The translations under genes and the position numbers were made by a program. Below the pieces are notes generated by a model. That model worked only from the letters and a program-made list of their open reading frames with translations. It was not told the DNA's origin and ran no database searches. 64,000 bases of DNA, taken from Lepidodermella squamata. Lineage: Eukaryota; Animalia; Gastrotricha. The stretch covers positions 1,426,001 through 1,490,000 of the forward strand of contig JBLDXI010000020.1 of the NCBI GenBank assembly GCA_047495785.1. Reading direction: 5' to 3'. Shown here one piece after another: positions 43,495 through 59,683 of this stretch; positions within the stretch are counted from its first letter, which is position 1, and each line of letters starts with the position of its first letter.

Positions 43495-46400
43495 TTACTG
43501 ATAAGCGTTGGCCTTGTGCTTCGGAACAAATGTAAAGCCATCGGGAACAGGACCTAGCAGCATCTCGCTGATTTTCACCCAGTCCGAGCAGTTCGGGCTG
43601 GCCATCAGTGTTTCAAGGTCGTCACGGCCGAAATAAGCCGGCGGCCGTTCGTTGATTTTCTGCGGCAAAACCTCAAGCAAACCGATTGGAATGTAACGGT
43701 AAAGGAAGGATTGCCATTCCAGCAAGAAACGGCGCGTAGTTTCAATGCCGCGAGTATCCGAACCCCAATGCTCCAAGCCATAATTCGCGTAACGTTTCAA
43801 CATGTCTAAACGCTCAGATGATCGAATATCCCAGTGGCGCTTTTCGGTAATTTCAGTGAAAATCCACGGTTTAATGAGCGCACCGCGGGCGACAACCACA
43901 TTTCCAATAGAAGAGCCGTCCAGGTGACCGTAAAAGTCCTCGTACGACAGCGTATCACCCACTCCAAAAACAGGGATAGATTTTTCCAAGCCAATTTTCG
44001 CACATCTGAAATGGAAATTTTCTGTGTGAAATTCTACCTTGAAATATTTTGGGAAAAATGCTTTCTACCATCAATTTTCACCAATAAATCGGAAAAATCA
44101 AATTTCACCATCAATTTTGGGTTTTCTACCGTCAAATTTGAGCTTTCGCAAACGCAACGGAAATTGCCACGAGGAGTCGAGGGACGAGGGTCGGTTATAG
44201 GCTAATGTCGGCCTACGGTGCAAATTTGATGAAATTAATATTGCTAGAGAGCCCGGGATGTGCTGCGTCCAATTACATGGTCTGTAGTTAGGTGAGAGCT
44301 ACTTGGACAGGTGAAAAAATTCATCAAAAGTGACCAAAAACGCAAAAATGGCATAAAAATGGCATTTTCTGACACTTTGAGCGATTATTAGGGGCACAGC
44401 AGACTCGAGTTCCTAAAATATTTTTAGATCAAAATGAGCGTCTCAACGAGAAGCATCTTATTATGCAAGAAAAAATTAGGAAGTCAGGTCTGCTGGGGGT
44501 CAAATAGAGAAAAAACCGATTTGCGAAAATCGCATGTTTTTCGTTGAAATTTGTGGTTTTCAGAGTCATTTGACCTTGACATGCATTAATTTTTTTTATT
44601 TTTGAATTGGATTTCAAATAAGCTATCTATTTCAGTCTACCTAATAGCATGTTTAAATTAATTCATTTTTTGCCGCAAGAAAACGCTAATGAATTTGATG
44701 AGTTTTGAGTCATGTGACCGGTTTTAACGTCAAATAGTATCAACTTTACCGAATTTTGTACCCACTACCTGAGCGTTTCGCCGCACCCGGATTTTTTCTA
44801 TGATATATGACAGTCATTTCTTGATGACTAAAATTAGTTTTGAACTATTTTACACCTGGGGCGGATTTTACCTACTAACCGGCCCTCGTTCTTTTGCCAA
44901 CAAAATGGGTTTTCTTTCCAAGAAATCCGACAAGTACCCGCTGGTTTAGCCTAAAGTAACTAAATTGATGGCGATTTCCGTTGCGTTGGCGAAAGCTCCA
45001 ATTTGATGGCAGAAAACCCAAAATTGATAATATTTGAATATTTCGACTTTTTTGATGAAAATTGAGGGTGAAAATATTGGTAGGAAATTTTTCACCCAAT
45101 TTTTTCGACTAACCGATCAACGTAATCCCAGTCTGCCAAGCGAGTATAGCGTTGATCTCTCGTTCGGCCGTGAATCGCAACGAAATCTGCTCCGGCATCA
45201 GCTAACTGAGGCACCAGCTCGTGAGCAAATCGCTTTTCGTAGTTATCACTCAAACCCGTGCGAAGTTTAACCGAAATCGGCAGATTTGTGACAGATCGCA
45301 TGGCTGTTACCACATTCATTAGGCGGGCGGGTCGGGCTGTTAAGGCGGCGCCTTCGCCCTTGGCGCAAACTAAATCGATGGGACACGCGGCGTTGATATC
45401 AATGAAGTCAACGTTCAACTTTTCTGTTATCATTTCAGCGCATCGAGCCATCATGTCCGGATAGCCGCCGCACAACTGCACGCCGAAGCAACGCTCGGAT
45501 GAGTGGCGCTTCAGAAGCGCCCACTCACCCGCGTGGCCAGACAGCAACTGGCCGACCATAGCCATTTCTCCACATGTAACCTCAGCGCCGTATTCGGTAC
45601 AGATGCGGCGAAACGGGAGATTGCCTAGTGTGGTCAAGGGGGATAAATAAGGTCGGCGAAGCATGTCAGCAACCCGAGCGCGACGAGCAGCGGTGGCGGC
45701 ATCGATTTCCAAACCGACACGCGGTTCTTTTTTAGCAACCTCTGGGGCAGGAATCGCCTCAGCCTGGCCTTCAAGTTTTTCCTCTGCTTTAACGCCATCT
45801 TCAAGCTTCGGAGTTTCCTTACTCATCTTCGGATGTTTGCTTTGAGTAGAAGTGAATTCTTTGGTTTTCGGGAATTGCAACGTTCGTTTACGGAGGGCAA
45901 CTTGTAACTCTTTGGTCAAATCGTTATAAGTCGTCTGCGACCCTTGAAATTTCGCCCATTTTTCCTCATCAATCTTTGAACGAAAACTTGTAACTTCCAA
46001 CTGTTAAATAAAAAGCAGTCTTACAATGTTGGTGCCATCTTCATTGATGTGGCTAGCGCCATATCTGCACAACACACCAAATCGGCAACGTCCGAATGTT
46101 AAGAAATTGTAGCAATTTTCTCCAATATCGGCTTGACGTTTCTCCAAATAACCTTTCAAATCATGCGAGTTCTTGCAGCTTTCACCTAGAAAATCGTTAA
46201 ATTATGATATATGGTTGACCATTAGCGGGATAATTAACCATATGGGCATTTATCTTCAGGAAAGCCACGAGCTGTGTATTGACATAATTGGTGCCTTTCA
46301 GCCTTGAAAACAGGTCTATCAGTTTTCCGATTGCGGCCTTTCAGCTTTTCAGGCTTCTTATTATCATCAGCGGGTTGCAGCTTTTCGGCTAAATCTTTTG

Positions 46401-46607
46401 CCACTTCTTTTGGCAGACACTCAGTCGCTAACACACGCTTGTGATCGACAGCCAAAAACCTGATCAAGTGATTGATTACATAATGAATCTCGTAATTGCA
46501 TGTGAAACCCACTCTTTCTTGATAGGGGCGACGCCCTTCGGTTTGTAGTTATCTTCCTTGGCAGTTTCTGTCTTCTCGTGCATCGCGGCACAATTCTCAT
46601 TTTCCAT
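43495..46607 (-). CDS. DUS3L: tRNA-dihydrouridine(47) synthase DUS3-like; exons 46607-46513, 46459-46239, 46185-46025, ~45973-45114, 44005-43495
   Basis: GVAPIKKE, two CCCH fingers, [72 protein letters not shown]. Confidence 0.95.
44048..45100. mobile_element. Nested inverted-repeat elements filling DUS3L intron 4 (outer arm cores 44110-44169 and 44969-45028; inner element 44184-44889)
   Basis: The 60-bp outer cores match as reverse complements with about 5 mismatches. Inner ends are acgagggtcggttatagg and cctactaaccggccctcgt. Confidence 0.75.
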
Positions 46608-46751
46608 TTTTCAACAAGAATATACCAACAAAATAAAACTCTAAAAAACTTTACTAGTCATTTCCAGTGCAAAAATTGTCAAAACAAAGTATTTAAAAAT
46701 TGAGTGCAAAATTTGTGAGCGAAAATGAGAAATTGAGCGAGACGTTGAATT

Positions 46752-49700
46752 TCAATATGGAGATGTGCTAAAAATGCTATCACTAATGCCGCCCAGAGTC
46801 GATGTTGTGTGCTTGGGCCGATGGTTGTTGACACTCTGCTGACGTTGGTGGTAGTCTCCAGGACCAATAAAGCTTTTGTCGTCACGGCTGATAACTGCAC
46901 TCTGGCAGCACGCCGGGCGAGTTAATAGGTAACGCAGGTGGTCGATGAAACAATTGAAGAGTGCGTCTGAAAGTCGATTTGCGAACTGAGTAGCCTCCTC
47001 AACGATTGAATCGCCATCACAAGAGCTGTTTTCGAGAAAAAAAATTTAGTTTAGTAATAAGAAGTGACACTGGAATACTTCGGGACATTGGATTTGGTTC
47101 GATGTTCAATTTGATTTATGGCTCAGATCACGGGCCACCGTCAATCCAAAAATCGAAATCAAATCATCGGATGGGAATGGGTCCGACAGCTCTCAAGTTC
47201 AGAGAATGAACGATAGAACGCGAATTTTGAAGTAATTGCACCTTGCATAACGTAAGGTGAATTTTCATCAAGAAAAATGGGAAATGTATCCAACCGTTCA
47301 AGCTCAGCACGAGGGATTTTAAGCATAAATGAAAATGAAGCTAATTCAAAGTCAATCATTTCAAATCTTAAAATTCGGAAAAATGGGCTTTCACATCAAA
47401 GTAAAAGTAATATTTGGTCCAATTTACCCACCTTAAAAGAAAAGAATGGCCCAATTAAAAATTGTAACTCAAATGTTTCATCATTGGCGGAAACTTACAA
47501 TATAGGTCTAAGAATATTCGTGATCTTCCGGTGAAAAGCTTCAATCGGGTCGAATTCCATGCTAGAGGGCGGAGGAGACGCGTCTACGCTACCAAGTAAT
47601 TCCGCGGCTTCAGCAGCCGACAGCTTCAAATGTGCCTGGGCCATCGATGCAGCTCGACTGATGAGACTAGCCTCTGAAGATAATTGAGAAGTCGCACGAC
47701 GCCCAGGAGAGCTTTGCCGGCGAGATTTGTTGTGGGAAACAGACATTTCACAACCGTTTACAGAGCGACGATCGCCACGAATTCGGTCGAAAAGCAACTC
47801 AAATAGCGCCTCGAAAAACCTCCGAAATTCACCCACCTGCGTGTTGCGGAATGCCAGTTGATTTTGAATTTTCTTCAACCCGTCTTTGCACTCGCTTTCT
47901 ATACGCGAAACGTTCGCCTTTTCGGAGTTACACATAACTTCAAGATATTGACAGCGCGTTTTAGCCTTTCTAACTTGCTCGGCCAGGCGATCGCATTCGC
48001 TGCGTTTCTCCTCGAAACGCTTCAGCAATGAGTTTTTCTCCGATTCAAACTCATCGATTCGACGCTTCATGGCAGCAACTCGCGCTGCTGCGCTTCTATC
48101 GTTCCGCTCAGCGTAGGCCAGCCTGTCACTTAGATCTTTAATGCGACTTGCATCAGCCGAAGCCTGCATGTCCATAGCCCTCATTTTTTCCCGCTGTTCC
48201 TCAAAAAACCGCTTATCTTTTGCGTGATCCCGCTTTGCGTCATTCAAACGCTCTCTCGACAGGGCTAGATCAGCGGCTAAACGGTCGCACTCGACTTGGT
48301 AATGCGCTAAGCGAGCCGCTTGCTCGCGTTCAGTTGACAACATTGACGCTAGTCGTTGTTTCATTTCTTCATACATAACCATTGGAATGTGGGATGGAGA
48401 AGGCGGGCATGATTCTAATTGATCGGTTATGACCGATTTATCAATTCTAGGCGACACGAAACACTGCTCAGCTGCCCGTTGTTCGGCATCAATCGCCGCT
48501 TTCCTCAACCTGGCAATGTCAGATTCTGCGTTAACAAGCTTACTCTCTAGAAGTTCGCTATTCGCCATAGCCGACGCGAGCTGATTTTTCACTCCTGGTA
48601 AAGCGATTTCCAATCGTTGCCTCATCTGCTGCTCATCAGCTATAGCCCTTCTCAATTTCATACGATCCGTTTTCAGCTCAGCGGCTAGACGCAGCAATCT
48701 TGCCACTCGCATTTTTTCGACAACCAGTTGTTGCTTTGTCGACGCGGAATTCTTTCTTGATGTTCGAGATGTCGCCAACGAAGCGGATGGACTAGCTGTA
48801 CGCTCCGTGGGTAAATAATCGTCCTCAGTCTGAGTAGCCATGTCGAAGGATAAAGCTGGTTTCTTGAGCCGCGGCGGCGAATCTTCGGCCGAGCAAAAAC
48901 TGGCCGAGCGAGTTCGCCGACGCCGCGTGGCTACTTCGGCCAATTTTTGCTGCTCAGCGGCCTGAGTCCTTGCCGCAGCTAATTTAGCGCTGTTTGACAA
49001 CGCATTATTCTCCAATTCAATCAATCGGTCATTTTGCCGGGCAACGAGAGTACTTTCCCGAGCTAAACGTGCTTGACAAGCGGTCAGTTGAGATCGGAGC
49101 TTCCGCTTTTCCGATTGCAAGCCTTCAATTTTCTTCTCGAGGATCGAGTTATCAGAGCGGATTTTGTTTAATTCCGTAACAATTTTCCCGCTTTGCTGCT
49201 TTGACAATTCGTTTAAACGGCGTTCGCAATCCGCGTGAATTTTCCTTATTTCCGCCTCGCGATCACGTCGTAGATTAGAAATTTTAAGCTTTAAATCTGC
49301 CACTGTTGATTCTCGATTAGCGACTTGTAACTGCGCACGTTCCAATCGGCCAGCTAAAACATCGCGGTCGTTTGCAAGCTCGCGACAGTGTTGTTTTAAA
49401 AGAGCCACGAGTCTTTCCGATTCAAGCGACGACTCAAGCTCTTTGATTAAATCTCCGAATTCGCCTAATTTGTTGTCCTTTTTCAACCGGACATCAAGAC
49501 CTTCTAAGCCGTCGTGAATAGCGCGTTGCTCAGAGTGTAGGCGTTCTATAGCGTTGAGTCGTTCATCTTGTTTCGAGCGCAATATTTCGATTTCTTGCGA
49601 CTGTTTTGATTAGAGGTAATTAAAAATTTAGTTTAACTTAAAGAGTGCCTACCTTCGCTTCGTACGCTTTCGTTACGCGTGCCAGTTGCTCCTTGAGTTC

Positions 49701-51116
49701 GCTCACCTCCGTCATCAAATTTTCAGAACAAACACTATAGTCGTCAAGTGGCGCGCCCGCAGCCGATTTAGCCTGCCGCCGAAACGCGGCGTCGGCTTCT
49801 AGTTGCCGGTTTTGCGAATGGAGAGTGGCGAGCTGAACTTCGAGATCACGCACTAACTGCGCACAGCGGTTCCTGTGTTATAGAATATGTAAGTAAGATA
49901 GAGTCCGGCTGAGGCAGGTTACCAAAACTGAGAATAAATTAATATAAAAATGCAATAATTCTAACATTTCAGCGCTGCAGAAATCTTTATCAGCCAGAGC
50001 GCATTCAAGTTTAGCGGTTTGATCAGCAAGTGACTTCTTGAGCTGCTCATTCGTCGCTTTCAGGTCACTCATCTCTGCCTCCATAATAGAAATCTGCAAA
50101 AACGACAGTGAAACAAAATTCAAATTCTAGTGACAAACAGACCATTTGTCGGTACGATGAAAGTTCAGACCAAAGGGTACTGCTGGAGCTATTTGCGGCC
50201 TGAGAAAAATTCGTTTCAAGTTGAACATTTGAAAAGCAATGAAAATATTTACGTCGAAATGCGACTGCAATTTCGCAAAGTTATTTTCGCTTTCGCAAAG
50301 TTCTCGTTTCAGAGTATCAACTTCGTTCTTCAGGTCTGTTTAAGAGATGATAGTTCCCAAAGGAAAATTACACCAAATTTATTACCGTTGTTTTCTTTTT
50401 CCATGGAAACCAGCAAACGATTGTTAACTTCATCGCTGTCTAAGAGCTGTTTGTTCAAACGCTCCACCTAAACACCGAAAATGAATTAACACCGAAGCAA
50501 TTTTCTGAGGCAAGTCTACTCACTTCGTCTTTAAGTTGCTCCTCAATCGCAGAAGCTTCTGCATAACGAGATTTTAATGTTGCTTCCGATGCTTTGTATT
50601 CAATGATCCTGGAAAATAAATATATTGTTGGTTTCAAGAATAGTGAGTAATAATATATTTCGGTTACTGAGATGATAAAGACTTGATTTCATTATCTCGA
50701 CATTCCAATTGAGCTTCAAGATGTTTAACGATATTATCGCGCTCTTCGACCAGGCTCCAAATGTGCTGCTCTTTAGCCGCGAACTTTTTCGCCTCTCTAA
50801 AAGAATAATGATTCAATAATTTGATGATTGGCAATGAAGAAATTATTGCACCTGTCCATAGTGATAGCAATAATTTGAGTTACATCAGGTTTGGATGACT
50901 GAACTTGCTTCCATAAGTCCCACATTAACTTATTGTCATCCTATTAAAAAAAGAAATTGAAAACAAGCCAACAGAAAAGCCAGAGCAGCTAACCGTGAGT
51001 TGTCGGAGATCTCTCTGAAGTTTGGCATTCTGCTCTTCGAGTTCAATGTATCGGTAGTCTGACAAAATAATATAATATTAATTAATTCGATAGTCAAACC
51101 ATCTCATCATACCCAT
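46752..51116 (-). CDS. Centlein-like long coiled-coil protein; ~11 exons
   Basis: Spliced N-terminus DDNKLMWDLWKQVQSSKPDVTQIIAITMDREAKKFAAKEQ resembles the centlein motif DKEFVWSLWxRLQxxNPDLTQxVSLVVERE as I recall it. Long heptad-rich exon 49582-47499; last exon ~47025-46752 joins in frame. Confidence 0.7.
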
Positions 51117-51974
51117 TTGTCAGTCTATAGTCTGTATTGCACTGAATCTCTCATACAGAAGGTAACTAGCAATACGAATACTATGAAAAATGAAACAAAT
51201 TATTACGATATCAAGGGATTTACGAAAACACCGTAATGCTCCCTGATGAAAATTAAATAAGTATGCCAAGCCGCCATTTCTGGCTATAGAACAAGGCGGA
51301 TAGTTCTCAGAAAAACCTGCTTGTTCGATGACACTCACGCACGGCGCCAGGGTTCCACAGCGAGCAGAGGAAAAATATTCAACAATACTTCATCCACAAA
51401 CATCATAATTTTTTATGAAATGTGCCAAATCAAGGCAGGAGGTCAGGTTCGCAGACCTACACGCAAGTTTCAGGGATTTTTCAGGGATAAGCACGAGAAT
51501 GTTTAGCATATTATTTACAGGGGGCAAGAACTTGGTTTCTGGCTTCTTTGTCATCACATCAATGACATCGCCTAATTTCCCAATAATCAAAACGCCACTC
51601 CGAATAAAAGGGCGGCAGCAGATAATCAGAATTATGCACAGCTTGGCAGTTGCACGCGTGAAGCTGAAGCGAATATAACTGAAGATAGTCTTAATTGATA
51701 ATCAACATCACAGGAAGGCGGGTAAACCGTTCAAACCAACCACACTAGGCACTTCAGCCTCTAACTTCATATCTCAAATCTCAAATCTTTATTGTTTACC
51801 GTTCGCTTTGCACCTATTATTAGTCATAATGTTTATAAAATTCAGAATGAGTACAAAGGTGGCAAAGGGAGGCTCGAGCGCAAAGAACAAGGCGTCCGGG
51901 ACTGCATAAAATTAATTACAGCATGATGCATACAACTGTATACATACTTAGATACAGGAGGAATGGTACAAAGA

Positions 51975-52890
51975 TTACATGTTCGGGAGGATAGGTAGGA
52001 ACTCGAGAATATAATGGCGCATTTTGGTAGCAAAAATCAATGTAGAGTAAATACTGGTGATATTATTAGGTAGTGAATTCCACAAAGATGTCAGGCGCAA
52101 AATAAAGGAACAATGCCGTTGTTTGTAGTTCCACTGAGGAAAAATTAATTTATTGTTATGACTAGAACGAGTAGTAGAAGTGGACGGGGGATAAATAAAT
52201 TCATTATGAAGCACAGAAATATGATTATGAATGATTTTGTGGGCTATTTGAAGGTCCCTGAACAACCATCTCTGATGAAGTGATTGAATGTTAAATTTTT
52301 TCAGCCTTTCCAAGTAACATAAAGGAGCAAAGGGAGGAACTATCATTCGAGAAGTAAAAATTTTGAGACACTTTTCCAAGAGGATTTTATCAGAAGCATT
52401 AGTGGGGTTCCAAACAGTTGAACAATACAGGAATAAAGGTAAGACATAAGTATTAAAAGCACGCATTAGAACAGAATTATCTCGCGATACAAAGGAGTTC
52501 AAGATCAGACCGCACATGCGCCTGGCTTTTTCGTAGATATAATTGCAATGAGAGGAAAATGATAATTTGCTGTCTACGATTACACCAAGGTCTTTAATTT
52601 TATATACTGATTCAATAGCGTGGTTCGACACGGTATACGCAAAACACGGATTATTTGAACCTAACCTTAAAACCACACATTTTTTCATGTTTACAGCTAG
52701 CTGATGGCTCAGAAAATAAGCTACGATGCAGTCAATATCAATCTGAACTTGAGAAGGAAGAGAATCAGGCTTCGGGTAAATCTTGACATCATCAGCATAG
52801 AGTTTAATTACACAGTGCTTGACAACAGAAGGCAAATCATTAATAAAAATTACAAATAACAGAGGACCCAGAACACTGCCCTGTGTCATA
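51975..52890 (-). mobile_element. 5'-truncated CR1/L2-type LINE reverse transcriptase remnant
   Basis: QGSVLGPLLFVIFINDL, LYADDVKI, KDLGVIVDSKLSFSSH, YCSTVWNP, LWNSLP. Confidence 0.9.
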
Positions 52891-54910
52891 CTTGAACAGA
52901 GGTGCATATTACGAACGCACAATTCATGATTCCACGGATGTTGGGAGTGCGAAGAATAACTTATCGACCTACCATTCAAAACTTGTGAGTAACAAATAAC
53001 AGTCGTAAGAATAAAAGCGAGCGTAAGACTGGTTTGCGCGGCAAAATTTCATAAATTTCTTCAAATAGTCGCCACGTTAAATATCAAACCAATAATTCAA
53101 TATAATTCAGGCTATCATTTAATTTTAATTAATGAGATCAGATAATTTATTTTGTATTTTTATAATGTTTCGGCAAGATTGAGTGGGTGGCCCGTCCCGG
53201 GGGCCCATAGCGGTTTTTGGATGAACCGAAACCTCTGAAAAGGCCCCTCGTACCCTGAATGTACTGAATGTACTCTGAACTGAACTCACCACGAGTTGAA
53301 GAAACATGTGATGTCTCGTGTTTCTTACTCCTGTGAGCTCTTAGCCCCCAGTTTCGTCGAATGAATGACAATGGCGTCTTCAATCGACTTGAGGCGATTG
53401 GGCGATTGGCGATTGGCGTTTGGCAATTATTGAGTTCCTTTACGCTAAATGATGATCTGAGATTTCTTCGTATCGAGATGTCTCTACGTCGCACGTTAGA
53501 AATATGTTTTTGTCGAAGATTAGCTTGCAAGGAGATCTTGGTATAACATATTTCCAATTTCCAATCATTATCTGAGCCCTTTCGAGGCTGATTGGTAATA
53601 TTTGCCACAAATAATTGCAGATTGCAACAAGATTGAAAGTTATCATGAAACCAAAACATGGGAAGTATAAACGATTCGATTGGTGTAATGGTGGTTCCCC
53701 ACCCTTGGGCAATATTTGAATACTTTGAATTCGGCGTTACTTAACTTTATGCATGCGCTGTAAGCTTTCCTACAGTCTTAAGTCTTAAATTGTGTAAGAC
53801 TTGATCTGCTAAGAAGTCACTCTCTTAAGTCATCTGGTATATTTAAATCGGATTGGGGTCGTAAGAAACATTCAAGTATGAATTGAATTGACTTATGAAT
53901 TGATAGCTTTTATCAATACCATGAGAAAGTGTGGCACAAATTAATCATTAAGACCTTAAAATAAAACTTAATTTTCATAATTTTTCTGCACCCTGATTTC
54001 GTCGGGGCTGACCCTCCGCTTGGGATAGGAATTTGTGAATGACCCGTCGATGTGCAGCCGTCTTCAATTTTTCGGTCTTGTTGGTGCTTCGATGAGCCGA
54101 TCGCCTCGTGGTTTCAGTTTCGGTATCAACCATAACGATGGACGATCTTGATTTTAGCGGGCATTTACTGCCGCAACTATACCTTTAAAATACTTAAATC
54201 TTTATATGCGACACTCCCAATTCCCAATCCGCATCTTGTTTCTGAAGATTTGCTTAGTATTGCAAATCTTCATCACAGCTATGACTTATTGCTTTTCTGT
54301 GCCCAATGATTAAATTAGCTAAGGCTAAGGATTGGCAGACCAATAATGGTCTGGAAAGCTGACTGCTCCAATTCCTTTTAGCTATTGCTGAAAATCTCAA
54401 CGTTACGAAATTGCCTTACCCGCACGTCATGTGTTTTCCAAAATTTAACCAATGCGTGCATTTCTAATTTTATTAGACGAGTGAACAGAAAATTCCAAGT
54501 TCTGTAGAGTATTTTTATAAAATTCTGGGTATAATTTCTGCTAAAGGGGTTTAATTGCCAAAAAAAGGAAAGTTGCAAGGAAATCAAGAGAACAAGTTTC
54601 ACCAAAGATCTTATTAAAATTAAATCGCACATGGGAACTGTCGATTTCAAAGCCAGTTAGGCTTGCGTGAGTCCTTTCCTTTTTTGCGATAATCCAAACC
54701 TTCCAAATCTAAACCAAAATTTCGATCGCTCCAAGCTTTTTGTAGATGATTTTCTCTGGGGAATCTGATTGCTATGTTTTAAAGCGGTCTATGTGATGCT
54801 GGTGGTTTCTTGGGAATCAAAAATAACGTTTTATATAACATAGAATCGCTGCATGTGCCGTATTATTGATTTTTCTACTATACTGTAGCGTCCATTTTAT
54901 TTACCGGTAC

Positions 54911-58335
<3,425 letters not shown>

Positions 58336-59683
58336 GCGCAATCTCAAAGTTGCGGTGAATTAGAAATTTATTGCTTCGGTAATGCACTTCTAATTGGTTG
58401 AAATATTTTAAATTCTAGCCTTAGTTTTTCGTGTGAAGACTGACTATTTTGCTGGCTGCTGTTTTATTGTTATTATTATTATAATTATTATATTTAGTCT
58501 CTTGTCTGTGCTAAGCCTAACCGTGGGACTTCGTTCTAAAGCTGACCGTATACTTAGCCCTGAAAAATACCGTGATAGTCCGTTTTAATGTTTGGCTATG
58601 AATGCGAAATATAGTTTGGCAATGTAACATAGTCGATTCGCTTGTCTTTCGAAGTTTTCCCGTCTGCCTTGTGCGGTCCTAACGACAAATCATGTTATTA
58701 CTCATAATCATTGTTTTTTTCGGAACGGAAACCCTCATTTTCATCTAATTTCTATTCGATGAATGCGATGCCTTACACATGCCCTCGCAATCCTAATAAC
58801 CAAATATTTTTACCGGCTAACTGTTGCATCAGTGTTTTAGCGCACTGTTATTTGAGGTTTGTGATTTATAATTTTCTAGCTTACACTTAAATCACCCTTA
58901 ACAATCAAATATCGCATAATATCGAAAACTGCTACACTTGAAACTATTTCCACCGTTCCAACTTTTTCTAGCTCGGCAGAACAGTTTGTGGAACTGCCCA
59001 TTAATCAAGAGAAGACACGCTGTTTGATTCCATAAAATAGCGATCTTCATGCTTCAATATCTATTTGCGTGTGTGTGACCTCGATGTTAAAGGAACAAGC
59101 AGTCATAAATCTTGTTGCGTAAAACTCTCCGATCGATAATTATAGTCATTATATTGATATCTTGCGATTATAGTTTGGCTTGCGATTTTTTGTGCTTACG
59201 TACACCAATCTTGAAAACTGTTTGTCTCGAACTTTTTACGTCCAGCTTCGATGCCATGAGTTCTTTTTGCAAATAGCTCCGAGTCTTATTTTTCTTGAAA
59301 ACGTGTGAGTTGGAAATTAATTTTGCTGGAAATAGAGCAATTAAAAGTACAAAGAATCGGTGGTCTTGTACATGAACTTCTTGTTAGTTGCCGTCGAGTT
59401 GAAATTTTGTGTAATTCTGCATATAAACACTGCTATCAGTTTTGTTGTTGTCTGAACGTTTAAAACAAATATATATATTAAAGCCGCTTTTTCCGGAGTC
59501 TGCATGAGAAAAGTGGCAGTGAAAATTATATTATTTATTACAAAGATTAATATCATTTCCTTTGAGAGATGACACGTGATTAGGAGCTAATTTTCTCTAT
59601 GAAAACTATATAAGTGACAAAATAGGAGGAATAAAATTGAAATTGTTCAGATCGCTTTTTGTTTTTTTGTTATAGAGTTTGAT

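Noticed and set aside
51180-51720. Possible LINE endonuclease fragments (RNGGLAY, LIIGKLG)
   Set aside because: Motifs are too degenerate and out of order to support a call.
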